From positions 2,010,001 to 2,042,000 of the forward strand of contig NC_008340.1 of the NCBI RefSeq assembly GCF_000014785.1: a DNA stretch of 32,000 nt. Reading direction: 5' to 3'. This DNA comes from Alkalilimnicola ehrlichii MLHE-1 (GTDB lineage Bacteria; Pseudomonadota; Gammaproteobacteria; Nitrococcales; Halorhodospiraceae). The translations under genes were made by a program, and so were the position numbers. Shown piece after piece: positions 1 to 8,554 of the stretch (position 1 is the stretch's first letter; each line of letters starts with the position of its first letter). The notes below the pieces were generated by a model. That model was not told where the DNA came from. It saw nothing but the letters and a program-made list of their open reading frames with translations, and ran no database searches.

Positions 1-146
1 TGTTCGCCATCCTGCTCGGAGGTGGCCGCATCCCCCGGGCTGCCCAGGAGCACATGGACCTTGGTATCCAGACCGTCGAACTCGCCACCCAGGTATTGCG
101 CCAGGCCCTTGCAGACCTGGGCCACGGAGGAGGCCACCAGGGCCAT
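1..146 (-). CDS. DUF4255/Pvc16-like N-terminal domain protein of a contractile injection system (partial, continues off left edge)
   Basis: Minus-strand reading from ATG at 146 gives MALVASSVAQVCKGLAQYLGGEFDGLDTKVHVLLGSPGDAATSEQDGEH and stays open to base 1. It resembles DUF4255/Pvc16 N-termini, and it begins 2 nt past the stop of the upstream ORF inside an eCIS-like gene order. It is absent from the supplied ORF track because it is short and partial. Confidence 0.6.
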   Translation of the reverse strand, partial: MALVASSVAQVCKGLAQYLGGEFDGLDTKVHVLLGSPGDAATSEQDGE

Positions 147-148
147 CG

Positions 149-1201
149 TCAAAACCTCCGCAGGTAGTTACGGGAGAGTGCGGCGCGATCCGATGTCGAT
201 GGGCGGCGCCCCTTCCGGGCCGGGGGGTCGGCGTTGACCACCACCACCTCGACCTGGCCGATGCGGACCTGTGGGGTTGACCGGGCCGCATGCGTCGACT
301 CCGGGCCGGGCTCCGGCGCGGGGCCGGCGTGGAAGGCGGCGCCGTCGCCGGAGGGGTCGCCGGACGGCTCCGCCCGGGTGACCGCCTCGACGGGCTCGGG
401 TGCTGCCGCCGGCTCGGGCCGGTCCGCAGTGGCGGTGAACCCGCCCGTCGAGGGCGCCCCGACAGGGGCCGGGCCGGACGCCGGAAACCCCTCAGTGGCC
501 GGGGCCTCCGGCGGGTCGGTCCGGTCGACCCCGCTCGGCGGAGCACCGGTGCCCCGCCGGGGGCGGGTATAGGGTTCAGAAGGGGTGTCGGCTCCCGGAT
601 TCCCTCTCGTTGACCGCTTGCTCACACTGGCGTTTGAGTCAGCTGTCTCCAGTCGTCTTGCGGTTGAAGGACTTTCCTTTTCATTGCCGGTTTCCGTGAC
701 TTCAGCCTTCACGCTCAGTCTTTCCTTTTCCAAAGTCGTCGAAGCACTGTGTACGTCTACGGACCGTGCGTTGTCGTCAACCGTTGCAGACCGATCAACA
801 GATCCTCTTTCACCTGCGATCCCATTGCGGTCACGCACGGCAGTCGCCGGTTTGTTCATCGACCCAGTCTTTCCATTTACCGTAGTTCGACGTTCAACAT
901 ACTGCTCCCCGGCGACGGGGGGCCCGGCCTCTGCCCTGTGACGGGCGCCGGGCAAAGGGAGAGCGGTATTGCCGGAGGGTGCTCTCCCGGCCGGCTTACC
1001 GCGCTCCGACACCTGGGGAGGTCGCCCCTCCCCGGCCTTCTGAAACCGGTACACGGTTGCTGCACCGTCCTCGTCCTCCTCCGGCGGTGGGGCCGGACTC
1101 TCGTCCGGCTCCGCCTCCCCGGCGGGGCTGCGCCAGAGGGTGGTCCCCCCCGGGCGAAGGGGACGGCGCGCGTCCCGCAGAACATCGTGTAAAAAGCGCA
1201 T
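149..1201 (-). CDS. Pro/Ser/Thr-rich, probably disordered eCIS-associated hypothetical protein
   Basis: 350 aa, low complexity, with a more ordered C-terminus (TPQVRIGQVEVVVVNADPP). It lies tightly between the gp26-like gene and the DUF4255-like gene. Confidence 0.6.
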   Translation of the reverse strand: MRFLHDVLRDARRPLRPGGTTLWRSPAGEAEPDESPAPPPEEDEDGAATVYRFQKAGEGRPPQVSERGKPAGRAPSGNTALPLPGARHRAEAGPPVAGEQYVERRTTVNGKTGSMNKPATAVRDRNGIAGERGSVDRSATVDDNARSVDVHSASTTLEKERLSVKAEVTETGNEKESPSTARRLETADSNASVSKRSTRGNPGADTPSEPYTRPRRGTGAPPSGVDRTDPPEAPATEGFPASGPAPVGAPSTGGFTATADRPEPAAAPEPVEAVTRAEPSGDPSGDGAAFHAGPAPEPGPESTHAARSTPQVRIGQVEVVVVNADPPARKGRRPSTSDRAALSRNYLRRF

Positions 1202-1220
1202 GCGGCCTCCTTGCGATGGC

Positions 1221-2012
1221 CTATTGCGTCATCCCCCTGGCGCGGTCGATCAGCCTGAGATAGGCCTCGCGCCGTTCCCGCGGAAGGTCCAGGATCTCCC
1301 GCTCGCTCCAGTGATAATGCGTGGCCAGATTGTGCACCTGCGCCAGCAGGCTGTCCGGGGCGCGCCCCAACAGGCTGTAGGGGTTAAGCACCACGCGGTT
1401 GTCGTGTTCGCAGTGCGGGCACGGCGCCTGCGCCTGGCTGACCACCCCGGGCGAGACGGCGTCCATGGCCCGGTCGACGGCCTCGTGCCCCGCCTCACCC
1501 AACTCGGCCACGTCGGCCCCACTGGGGGCGAGCAGGCAGCGCTGCAACAGGGCCTCCACATCACCGGCCTCGGCCAACGACTCCTGGTCAGCGCCGTTGG
1601 GCAGGCGAAAGCGCCAGTTCCGGCCCTGCCAGTCCACCGCCACCTCCGGAAAGGTCGGCCCCGCCGGATCGGTGGGCAGGCAGGCCAGGTCGAGCTGAAA
1701 GTCGAAGGCCTCGCCACAGCCGGCACAGCGGGCCGACATCCAGGCGTGGCGCTCACCAAAGTGCACCGCCAGCGCACGCATGAGGTGCTGGCGGTCGGCC
1801 ACGCACAGGCGGCGCACCCGCTCGGTGCTCGCCGGCCCGCCGGCCAGCGCCTCCAGCGCGGTGGCCAACACCGCGGTCACCGCCGCGGGGGTGGAAGGCG
1901 CGGTCCGGGCCGCTTCGAGCAATGCCATCTCCAGCGCCCCGTCCACCGGCTTGAAGCGGAAGTCCCGTCGCCGCTCGCCCGCCTCCAACAGTCCTCCCGG
2001 CAGCCGTTCCAT
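1221..2012 (-). CDS. T4 gp26/baseplate-hub-assembly-like protein with zinc-ribbon cysteines
   Basis: 263 aa with paired CxxC motifs (ARCAGCGEAF...APCPHCEHDN) and the C-terminal HWSEREILDLPRERREAYLRLIDR signature common in tail baseplate proteins of this type. It follows the tube gene. Confidence 0.65.
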   Translation of the reverse strand: MERLPGGLLEAGERRRDFRFKPVDGALEMALLEAARTAPSTPAAVTAVLATALEALAGGPASTERVRRLCVADRQHLMRALAVHFGERHAWMSARCAGCGEAFDFQLDLACLPTDPAGPTFPEVAVDWQGRNWRFRLPNGADQESLAEAGDVEALLQRCLLAPSGADVAELGEAGHEAVDRAMDAVSPGVVSQAQAPCPHCEHDNRVVLNPYSLLGRAPDSLLAQVHNLATHYHWSEREILDLPRERREAYLRLIDRARGMTQ

Positions 2013-2047
2013 AGCTCAACGCCTCCACCCGTTATCGGGTTGCGAAA

Positions 2048-2557
2048 TCAGGTCTCTGCAGGCTCCGGGACCGACGTGTCGCGCTGCCAGCCTTCGTGCT
2101 GCAGCGTGATGGTCTGGATGCCCACGGCGTTCATGGTGCCGGCGTCCAGCTCCGGTAAGGCCTGGAACTCGGAGACCCAGGCCCGGAACACCTTGTAGGA
2201 GATGGCTACCTGACCCTGCAGATTGAGCACGTTGATGATGATGTCCTTGCGGAAATTCCGCAGCGACATGCCGCCATCACCCTCGATGTTGTTCACCAGG
2301 TTGGCCCAGTTCTCGAACACCGGGTCGTGGGTCAGGCCCTGCTCCAGGGTCACCGCCTCGTAGCTGGTGCCGCCCGGAAGCTGGCGCTCGTGGGAAGGGT
2401 CACCCGCGGTGCGCCAGGCCACCGACTCGGTGGATTTTTTCAGTGCGCTCATCTTCTTAAGCCCGGCGACGGGCTGGCCGTCGATCAGGATCTGGAACTT
2501 GAACGTGCGGTACGGATCGTGACGGTGGGTGTTCACCGGAAAAAGCGGGGCTGCCAT
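2048..2557 (-). CDS. Phage tail/eCIS tube protein (T4 gp19-like family)
   Basis: 169 aa, MAAPLFPVNTHRHDPYRTFKFQILIDGQPVAGLKKMSALKKSTE..., typical of gp19-like tube proteins. It lies immediately downstream of the sheath gene. Confidence 0.88.
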   Translation of the reverse strand: MAAPLFPVNTHRHDPYRTFKFQILIDGQPVAGLKKMSALKKSTESVAWRTAGDPSHERQLPGGTSYEAVTLEQGLTHDPVFENWANLVNNIEGDGGMSLRNFRKDIIINVLNLQGQVAISYKVFRAWVSEFQALPELDAGTMNAVGIQTITLQHEGWQRDTSVPEPAET

Positions 2558-2569
2558 GAGTATGCTCCC

Positions 2570-4144
2570 TTACTGTTGGCCGACTTTCTGCTGAATGCGC
2601 ACGATGACGAACTCCGCCGGCTTGAGCGGCGCAAAGCCCACCTCGACGATCACCTGGCCGCGATCAATATCGCCCTGGCGCATGGTCTGCCCGAGACCGC
2701 AGCGCACAAAGTAGGCATCACTGGCCTTCTCACCCTGGAAGGCCCCCGAGCGGTGGAGCCCGCCCAGGAAGGATTCGATATTCGTGCGTAGGGCCGACCA
2801 CAGGCGGTGGTCGTTCGGCTCGAAGACCGCCCAATGGATGCCGTGAAAGATGCTCTCCTCGATGAAAATGGCGGTGCGCCGCACCGGGATGTAGCGCCAC
2901 TCCGGGTTGGCGCGGGTGGCCCGCGTGCGCGAGCCCCAAATCACCGATCCGTAGTTGGGCAACTGGCGCAGGGCGTTGACACCCAACGGGTTGAGGTACT
3001 GCTGCTCGGCGTCCTCGACCGTGTAGAGCAGCTTTCTGATGCCCAGAAGGTTCGTCTCAACCCCCGCCGGGGCCTTCCACACCCCCCGACGGCCGTCCGT
3101 TCGTGCCCACTGCCCTGCGGCAAAGCCGCCCGCCGGCGCCAGCACCATCCGTTCCGCGCCCGGGTTGGTGTCGGGGTTGTAGTGCGGGTTGCTGACCAGC
3201 GCCCAGGGGTAATAGGTGGCCGCGTACGTCGAGGTGGTCAGCGCCAGGTCGGTCACGTCCTTTTCTTTTTCCAGCTCCTGGCCGGGAGGCAGATCGAAGA
3301 TGACCATGCGGTTTTTCATGGTCTCGCAATGACTGATGGCGCTTTCAATGATCCCCTGCCCTGCGCCTCCCCAGGTCTGATCGGGCAGCAGAATGATGTT
3401 GATATCCCGGTATTTCAGAAGCTTCGAAAAGATACCGGTGTATTCATTGGCGCCACCGGGTGTCCCGTCCTCGCCGCCGGTCATCTCCACGCTGACACCG
3501 TCCGTTCCGGCAGCGTTAATGACCGCGACCGCATCGGCGATATCGTCCTCGTCGCTGACCCTTAGCAGCTCCGAGCCCTCCTTCAGGACGGTGGTGAGAT
3601 AATCGTTATCCCCCTTCTCCAGCGAGACGTCGGTGAAAGTCTCGTCGGCGACGAAGTCATCGCCATCCCCGCGGCCGATCTCCACGGTGAAACGGGAATC
3701 GCTGGCGTCCGGCTTGGCTGTGAGGCGGACCCGCAGCCGGTTGCCCCAGGTTCCGGGATTGACCGCCTCGAACCCAATCAGGTCGGTGCCGGAGTCCTCC
3801 AGTGCACCGTCGGCCACCTTTGTGTCACTGGCGGTGCGGATGATGTAGGCCTTGCCCCCGCCATTCTGAAAATAGGCGAACACCGACAGGCCGAGGGTGT
3901 CGATCTCCTGGCCGAGCCTGGCATTCTTCATCGAATCAATACCGCTAACCGAGTCCTCTACCTCGCGGATGCCCCCGAAGATGTTCTCGTAGTCTTCCCA
4001 ACTGGTGATGAAGGTCGGTTCGTCGACCGGCCCCCGGGTGGTGTAGCCGATGAAAGCGGCGGTGGACGTCCCTGCCGCGTCAATAGGCCTGGAACCACTG
4101 GGTATTTCCTCGATATAGACCCCAGGGTGTAAATAGGAAGCCAT
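2570..4144 (-). CDS. Contractile tail sheath protein
   Basis: 524 aa, MASYLHPGVYIEEIPSGSRPIDAAGTSTAAFIGYTTRGPV... with C-terminal GLGQTMRQGDIDRGQVIVEVGFAPLKPAEFVIVRIQQKV, the classic sheath N- and C-terminal signatures. A strong ribosome-binding site (AAGGAG) lies upstream of the ATG. Confidence 0.93.
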   Translation of the reverse strand: MASYLHPGVYIEEIPSGSRPIDAAGTSTAAFIGYTTRGPVDEPTFITSWEDYENIFGGIREVEDSVSGIDSMKNARLGQEIDTLGLSVFAYFQNGGGKAYIIRTASDTKVADGALEDSGTDLIGFEAVNPGTWGNRLRVRLTAKPDASDSRFTVEIGRGDGDDFVADETFTDVSLEKGDNDYLTTVLKEGSELLRVSDEDDIADAVAVINAAGTDGVSVEMTGGEDGTPGGANEYTGIFSKLLKYRDINIILLPDQTWGGAGQGIIESAISHCETMKNRMVIFDLPPGQELEKEKDVTDLALTTSTYAATYYPWALVSNPHYNPDTNPGAERMVLAPAGGFAAGQWARTDGRRGVWKAPAGVETNLLGIRKLLYTVEDAEQQYLNPLGVNALRQLPNYGSVIWGSRTRATRANPEWRYIPVRRTAIFIEESIFHGIHWAVFEPNDHRLWSALRTNIESFLGGLHRSGAFQGEKASDAYFVRCGLGQTMRQGDIDRGQVIVEVGFAPLKPAEFVIVRIQQKVGQQ

Positions 4145-4237
4145 AATACCTTCTCCTTTCGCCGTTTCCCCGACACGTGCCCGGTGCCGCCCTCGGACCC
4201 ATGGGGACTTATTATTAATGCGCCTTTTCTTGCTTCG

Positions 4238-4265
4238 AGTCTAGGACAGCTATCGCCGCCGTCAA
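4238..4265 (-). promoter_or_regulatory. Candidate sigma70-type promoter for the tail locus
   Basis: The minus strand reads TTGACG-(16 nt)-TAGACT upstream of the sheath ORF in an AT-richer intergenic region. This is consensus matching only. Confidence 0.3.
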
Positions 4266-4452
4266 CGAATGCATTTTCATTATTTTTAAAGGGTTATAAG
4301 GGGCGGTAGAGCGCAAACGCCCATGGGGGCGGTTTCCTTACTAAAGGCAGATAAATAGCTATTACCTATCGATCATTGAATACGAATAGAATTAAGAAAA
4401 CACAGAGAAGTTCCGCCCGCCGTCAGTGAAGAACGTCGCCTCCAATCATTAC

Positions 4453-4558
4453 AGGCCACCCTCCCCCGTCATCGCCAGGGCCGAAGGCCCGTGGCGATCC
4501 AGGGCGGTAGACTGCCACGTCGGCTTCGCCTCCTCGCAGTGACGGTGGGGGGTGGCCT
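4453..4558. repeat. Imperfect palindromic repeat element of the GTCATTGCGAGG...GCGAAGC...CGTGGC type
   Basis: Left arm AGGCCACCCTCCCCCGTCATCGCCAGGGCCGAAGGCCCGTGGC pairs imperfectly with right arm GCCACGTCGGCTTCGCCTCCTCGCAGTGACGGTGGGGGGTGGCCT. Confidence 0.65.
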
Positions 4559-4668
4559 TTCTCGCAGTGACGGTGGGGGGTGGCCTTTCCCGCAGTGACG
4601 GTGGGGGTGGCCTTTCCCGCAGTGATGGTGGGGGTGGCCCTTCGCGCAGTGATGGTGGGGGCGGGCGA
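4533..4668. repeat. Tandem array of about 5 units of 27-28 bp
   Basis: Units: CTCGCAGTGACGGTGGGGGGTGGCCTTT (x2, 28 nt), CCCGCAGTGACGGTGGGGGTGGCCTTT (27 nt), CCCGCAGTGATGGTGGGGGTGGCCCTT, then a partial CGCGCAGTGATGGTGGGGGCGGGC. Confidence 0.85.
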
Positions 4669-5565
4669 TCAGACCAGCAGCAACCCCAGCGCCAGCAGCA
4701 GTAAGGTGGTGAGCACCACAGCCACATTCACCCCCAACCAGGGCGTCAGCGCTTGCGGGCGACGCGCCAGGCGCATGACCCGCGCCGCCACCAGTCCGGC
4801 GACGGGCATGGGCAGCAGGGCCAACAGCAACCCCGCTGACAACCCGCCCACCCCCACGGCAGCCACAGGCGCGACGTAGGCGCCGCCCACCAGCACCGCG
4901 AACACCCGGGCGGCCCGCGGGCGACCCAGCCGGATCGGCAGGTGGCCGCGCTGGACCGCCCGGTCCGCCTCCACGTCCGGGAACTGGTTGATCAGCAGCA
5001 GCGCGCTGACCAGACACAGCGGTGTCAGGGCCACCCAAAACAGTTCAGGGTTGAAACGGGCGGTGAGCACATAGTGGGTGCCGATCTGGATCAGGGCGAA
5101 GCCAAGGCCGGGGGCGATCAGACACAGCAGTGCGGAGCGGGTGATCAGTGGCGTATAGGCGACCATCAGGACCACACCCAGCAGGCCGACGAGCAACAGG
5201 CCGGGCCCCGCCTGTAACGTCAAATAAACGCCGAGGGCGATGCTCAGGCCCACCCCGGCCAGCGCCGCCATCAACACCGCTGGCGCGGCGGCCGGCTGGG
5301 CCGGCAGCGCGCCGCTGCCCCCGCTGAAGGGGGTGCGGGTGGTCCGCAGATCCAGCCCGGAGCGGAAATCATGGTACTCATTCAGCAGGTTGGTGGCGCC
5401 ATGCGCGAGCAAGGCGCCCAGCACCACCAGGGTGGCAAGCCGCGGGTCCGGAGTGACGCCGACCTCCACGGCCGTAGCGATGCCCAGCAGCACGCACAGG
5501 GGGGATAACAGCAGAAACGGGGGCCGCATCGCCCGCACCACCCCCTTCAACACACCGGATGCCAT
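4669..5565 (-). CDS. UbiA-family prenyltransferase (MenA-like)
   Basis: Multi-TM protein with NLLNEYHDFRSGLD and NQFPDVEADRAVQRGHLPIRLG, i.e. two Asp-rich UbiA motifs. The start is likely the internal ATG (MASGVLKGVVRAMRPPF). The ORF track extends to 5631. Confidence 0.8.
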   Translation of the reverse strand: MASGVLKGVVRAMRPPFLLLSPLCVLLGIATAVEVGVTPDPRLATLVVLGALLAHGATNLLNEYHDFRSGLDLRTTRTPFSGGSGALPAQPAAAPAVLMAALAGVGLSIALGVYLTLQAGPGLLLVGLLGVVLMVAYTPLITRSALLCLIAPGLGFALIQIGTHYVLTARFNPELFWVALTPLCLVSALLLINQFPDVEADRAVQRGHLPIRLGRPRAARVFAVLVGGAYVAPVAAVGVGGLSAGLLLALLPMPVAGLVAARVMRLARRPQALTPWLGVNVAVVLTTLLLLALGLLLV

Positions 5566-5633
5566 TCCCTTCCCACTCCTTACACCCTGCTCTCCATAGC
5601 CTGGCCATGGCGCCTCCGTGCATACTGTCACGA

Positions 5634-6389
5634 ATGATTGAGTCCTGGATACCCGCCACGCTCTCGCCCGCGATTGCCGGTGGCCTCATTCTCGCCGCCG
5701 CCCTCACCTCGATGATCACGGCCGCACTGGGGGCGGGTGGTGGGGTCGTGCTGTTGGCGCTGCTGGCGCTCACGCTCCCGGCGGGGGCGATCATCCCCGT
5801 TCACGGCCTGGTGCAACTGGGCTCCAACGCCGGCCGTGCACTCATGATGTGGCGCCATATCGACCTGCGCACCATCGCCGCTTTCGCGCCCGGGGTGGTG
5901 CTGGGCGCCTGGCTCGCCAGCCGGCTGCTGGTGGGCCTGCCGCTGGCCACCATCCAGATCGCCATCGCCGGCTTCATCCTGCTGTTGGTCTGGGGGCCGC
6001 CGGTGCCCCGGCGCGCGCTTGGCGCCACCGGCACCTTCCTGGCCTCCACCGCCACCAGTTTCCTCTCGCTGTTCGTCGGTGCTACCGGCCCGCTGGTGGC
6101 CGCCTTCATCAAACAGCAGCAGGCCAGCCACCGGCTCACCACCGTCGCCACCTTCGCTGCTGCCATGACGCTCCAACATGCGCCCAAGGCGGTGGTCTTC
6201 GGCTTCGCCGGCTTTGCCTTCCGGGACTGGATTGGCCTGATCGGGGTGATGATCATCGCCGGCGCCATCGGCACCTGGGTGGGCATCCACCTGCTGCGCC
6301 GCTTCAGCGACCAGCGCTTCCACCGGGTGTTCCAGGTCCTGCTCACCCTGCTGGCCCTGCGCCTGGCCTGGCAGGCGCTTTGGGGTTAG
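5634..6389 (+). CDS. Sulfite exporter TauE/SafE family permease
   Basis: Multi-TM, MIESWIPATLSPAIAGGLILAAALTSMITAALGAGGGVVLLALL... with VGATGPLVAAFIKQ. The ORF is open from 5559 and the start was chosen at MIES. Confidence 0.82.
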   Translation: MIESWIPATLSPAIAGGLILAAALTSMITAALGAGGGVVLLALLALTLPAGAIIPVHGLVQLGSNAGRALMMWRHIDLRTIAAFAPGVVLGAWLASRLLVGLPLATIQIAIAGFILLLVWGPPVPRRALGATGTFLASTATSFLSLFVGATGPLVAAFIKQQQASHRLTTVATFAAAMTLQHAPKAVVFGFAGFAFRDWIGLIGVMIIAGAIGTWVGIHLLRRFSDQRFHRVFQVLLTLLALRLAWQALWG

Positions 6390-7516
6390 GCCGCCTCAGG
6401 GCTGTCCTGGATCAACGCCAGCAATTCCCCGCGCACGGCCATGGCGTCCTGGTAGCCCAGGTCGATGAGCTCGCGGCAGTATTCCGCTTCGAACAGCAGG
6501 TAGCTGGGCAGCCGGCCCGGGCCCCAGGCGCCGACGCCGCGGAACAGGGCCCGCACGCTGGGCGGCACCCGGTGCATGTGGCGCGAGCCGATCTCCCGCA
6601 GGTCGGTGCTGGGCTGGATCTCCAGCCAACGGATGGGCTTCAGGCCCACGGCCGCCCGGTGTTCCGGCGCGACCTGGCGCAGCGTCCGGTTGATGCGTTC
6701 CAGCCGTTCCAGGTCGGTCTGCAGGTGGTCCATAAAGATGATATCCAGCAGGGCGCCGCCGATATCCCCCATGGAGGGATAGGGCACATCGGCGGGCGGC
6801 TCCGGATCGGGGTGGGCATCCCGGGTGCCGATAATCAACAGCCGGTCCGCGCCCAGGCGGATAGCGGGGCTGAGCGGCGTCGTCTGACGCAGGCCACCGT
6901 CGCCGAAGTATTCGTGACCCACGCGCCGGGCGGGGAAGATGAAGGGCAGTGCGCTTGAGGCCAGCAGGTGCTGCACGCCGAGTCGCACTGGCCGACCCAC
7001 CCGCTTGCCCTTCAGCCAGCCCTCCACATCCGGTGCGGCCTGAAAGAACGTCACCGCCCGTCCGGAGGTATAGCCCGCCCCGGTCACCCCCACAGCACGC
7101 AGCGCGCCGCGGTGGATGGCCATACGGATGCCGTCCAGCGGCAGGTTGCGGCGCAGCAGTTCGGCCAGGGGTTCGTTGTCGAGCAGTGAACGCGGGTTGT
7201 GACCGCCCAGCCCCCCCAGCGCCATGGCCGCCATCCAGTGCAGCCCGGTAGTGAGGTTGTGCCGCCAGCCGGTGCGGTAGATGTGCTGGCAGCGGAAGTT
7301 GGCCCAGACGGCCTCCATATTCGCCACGCCGCGTTGGAAATGGGTGGCATAACAGGCCAGCACTGCGGCGTTGATCGCGCCCGCCGAGGTGCCGATGATG
7401 ACTGGAAAGGGATTGCCGCGGTCCCTGGGCGTGAGCGCCGCCACGGCCTTCAGCACGCCCACCTGATAGGCGCCGCGCGCGCCGCCCCCGGGCAACACCA
7501 GTCCACATCCCGCCAT
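6386..7516 (-). CDS. Patatin-like phospholipase
   Basis: LVLPGGGARGAYQVGVLKA (oxyanion motif), GTSAGAINA (GxSxG nucleophile) and YFGDGGLRQTTPLSPAI (DGG catalytic Asp). Confidence 0.88.
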   Translation of the reverse strand: MAGCGLVLPGGGARGAYQVGVLKAVAALTPRDRGNPFPVIIGTSAGAINAAVLACYATHFQRGVANMEAVWANFRCQHIYRTGWRHNLTTGLHWMAAMALGGLGGHNPRSLLDNEPLAELLRRNLPLDGIRMAIHRGALRAVGVTGAGYTSGRAVTFFQAAPDVEGWLKGKRVGRPVRLGVQHLLASSALPFIFPARRVGHEYFGDGGLRQTTPLSPAIRLGADRLLIIGTRDAHPDPEPPADVPYPSMGDIGGALLDIIFMDHLQTDLERLERINRTLRQVAPEHRAAVGLKPIRWLEIQPSTDLREIGSRHMHRVPPSVRALFRGVGAWGPGRLPSYLLFEAEYCRELIDLGYQDAMAVRGELLALIQDSPEAA

Positions 7517-7552
7517 CGGCTTCCCGCCTGTTGCTTGCCGCGGCGGCTCTGA

Positions 7553-8365
7553 TCAGGGCTTGGCCGCCTGCACGTGCATCCAGTCGAAGTTCCGGGCGCG
7601 ACCGAGGCTCACCCAGCCCTCCTCCTCCCAGAACCGCCACCAGGGGTCGTATTCGGGGCGTGCCAGGCGGGCGCGGTCGCGGCCCCAGCGCAACTTATTC
7701 TGATCCGGATCCCAGTCGATGGCCACCCCCCAGGCGTGGGTGGACCAGCTACTGCCGCCGCGCTTGCGCCGGCAGTTGTAGCAGCCACCGTAACGGTTCA
7801 GGCGCAGCTCACGCAGGCGCTCCTCGCCATAGTGCGCGTACACCCGCTCCAGCACCCGGCGCAGGCTTTCGGCCACCCGCTCATGGCAACCGATATGATC
7901 GCAGGTGGTACGCAGGTCCCAGGCCAGTGAGAGGGTCCACGGGCAGGGTACGCGCACGAGGTTCGCCTCGCAGGGGCTGCCGAAGGCCTCGATGAGCGCG
8001 GCCTCGCGCGGCCAGCCGTTGGGATTGACGTCGACCACCGGCTCGTCGCGCCAGGCGGGTGGCGGTTCCCCCGTCTCGAACAGCGTGGCGAGCGAGTCGG
8101 CGGCAAAGTCCGTCTGCGGGCCCCATAGGCCGTCCACCGGCCCGGCTTCGATGTCGCGGTCCAGGGCACCCCGCTGGAGGCAGGCCACGGCACGCCGCCG
8201 CGCGGACCAGCCCTCGACAGCGTCGGGAAAACCATCCCGACGGGCCTCGATCATGCCGTTCACCGCCTTATTGGTGAGCGGTCCGCGCAGGCCATCGATC
8301 TTGCCGCTGTAGGTTCCCGCATCGCGCAGGATGCGCTGCAGGCTTTTGACCGCTGTCTTGTTCAC
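7553..8365 (-). CDS. Peptidoglycan-binding plus M15-like D-Ala-D-Ala carboxypeptidase/endolysin-type protein
   Basis: Peptidoglycan-binding-like N-terminus (KSLQRILRDAGTYSGKIDGLRGPLTNKAV). C-terminus SSWSTHAWGVAIDWDPDQN...FDWMHVQ carries the H...D...H ligand pattern of M15 peptidases. A GTG start at 8365 is suggested; the track extends to 8452. Confidence 0.7.
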   Translation of the reverse strand: MNKTAVKSLQRILRDAGTYSGKIDGLRGPLTNKAVNGMIEARRDGFPDAVEGWSARRRAVACLQRGALDRDIEAGPVDGLWGPQTDFAADSLATLFETGEPPPAWRDEPVVDVNPNGWPREAALIEAFGSPCEANLVRVPCPWTLSLAWDLRTTCDHIGCHERVAESLRRVLERVYAHYGEERLRELRLNRYGGCYNCRRKRGGSSWSTHAWGVAIDWDPDQNKLRWGRDRARLARPEYDPWWRFWEEEGWVSLGRARNFDWMHVQAAKP

Positions 8366-8554
8366 GGGTACTGCTCCCTGCCACAGCCTGATTGGAGCTG
8401 AGGCCCCGCCATAATGGGCCCCACCTGCCTGAAAGCTTAGCCCTTTACTCAAGTGCTGCAGTGCACGCGGGCGTCTTGCTCGTCTGCCTGGCGGTGAGTT
8501 ACGCCGTGGCGGTGATCTATATTGGCTTCAAGGCGTGGCCAATGGAGAAAAGCC

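Noticed and set aside
4533-4668. Possible CRISPR array
   Set aside because: Units are contiguous 27-28 bp tandem copies without spacers, and no cas genes are present.
4449-4727. 92-aa repetitive ORF (PPPSLRERPPPPSLRERPP...)
   Set aside because: It is a translation of the 27-28 bp tandem DNA repeat and palindromic element. The real UbiA-family gene overlaps its end and there is no independent coding support.
5849-6958. 369-aa plus-strand ORF overlapping TauE and patatin
   Set aside because: Alternate-frame/antisense artefact in high-GC DNA with no recognisable domain. It overlaps two well-supported genes.
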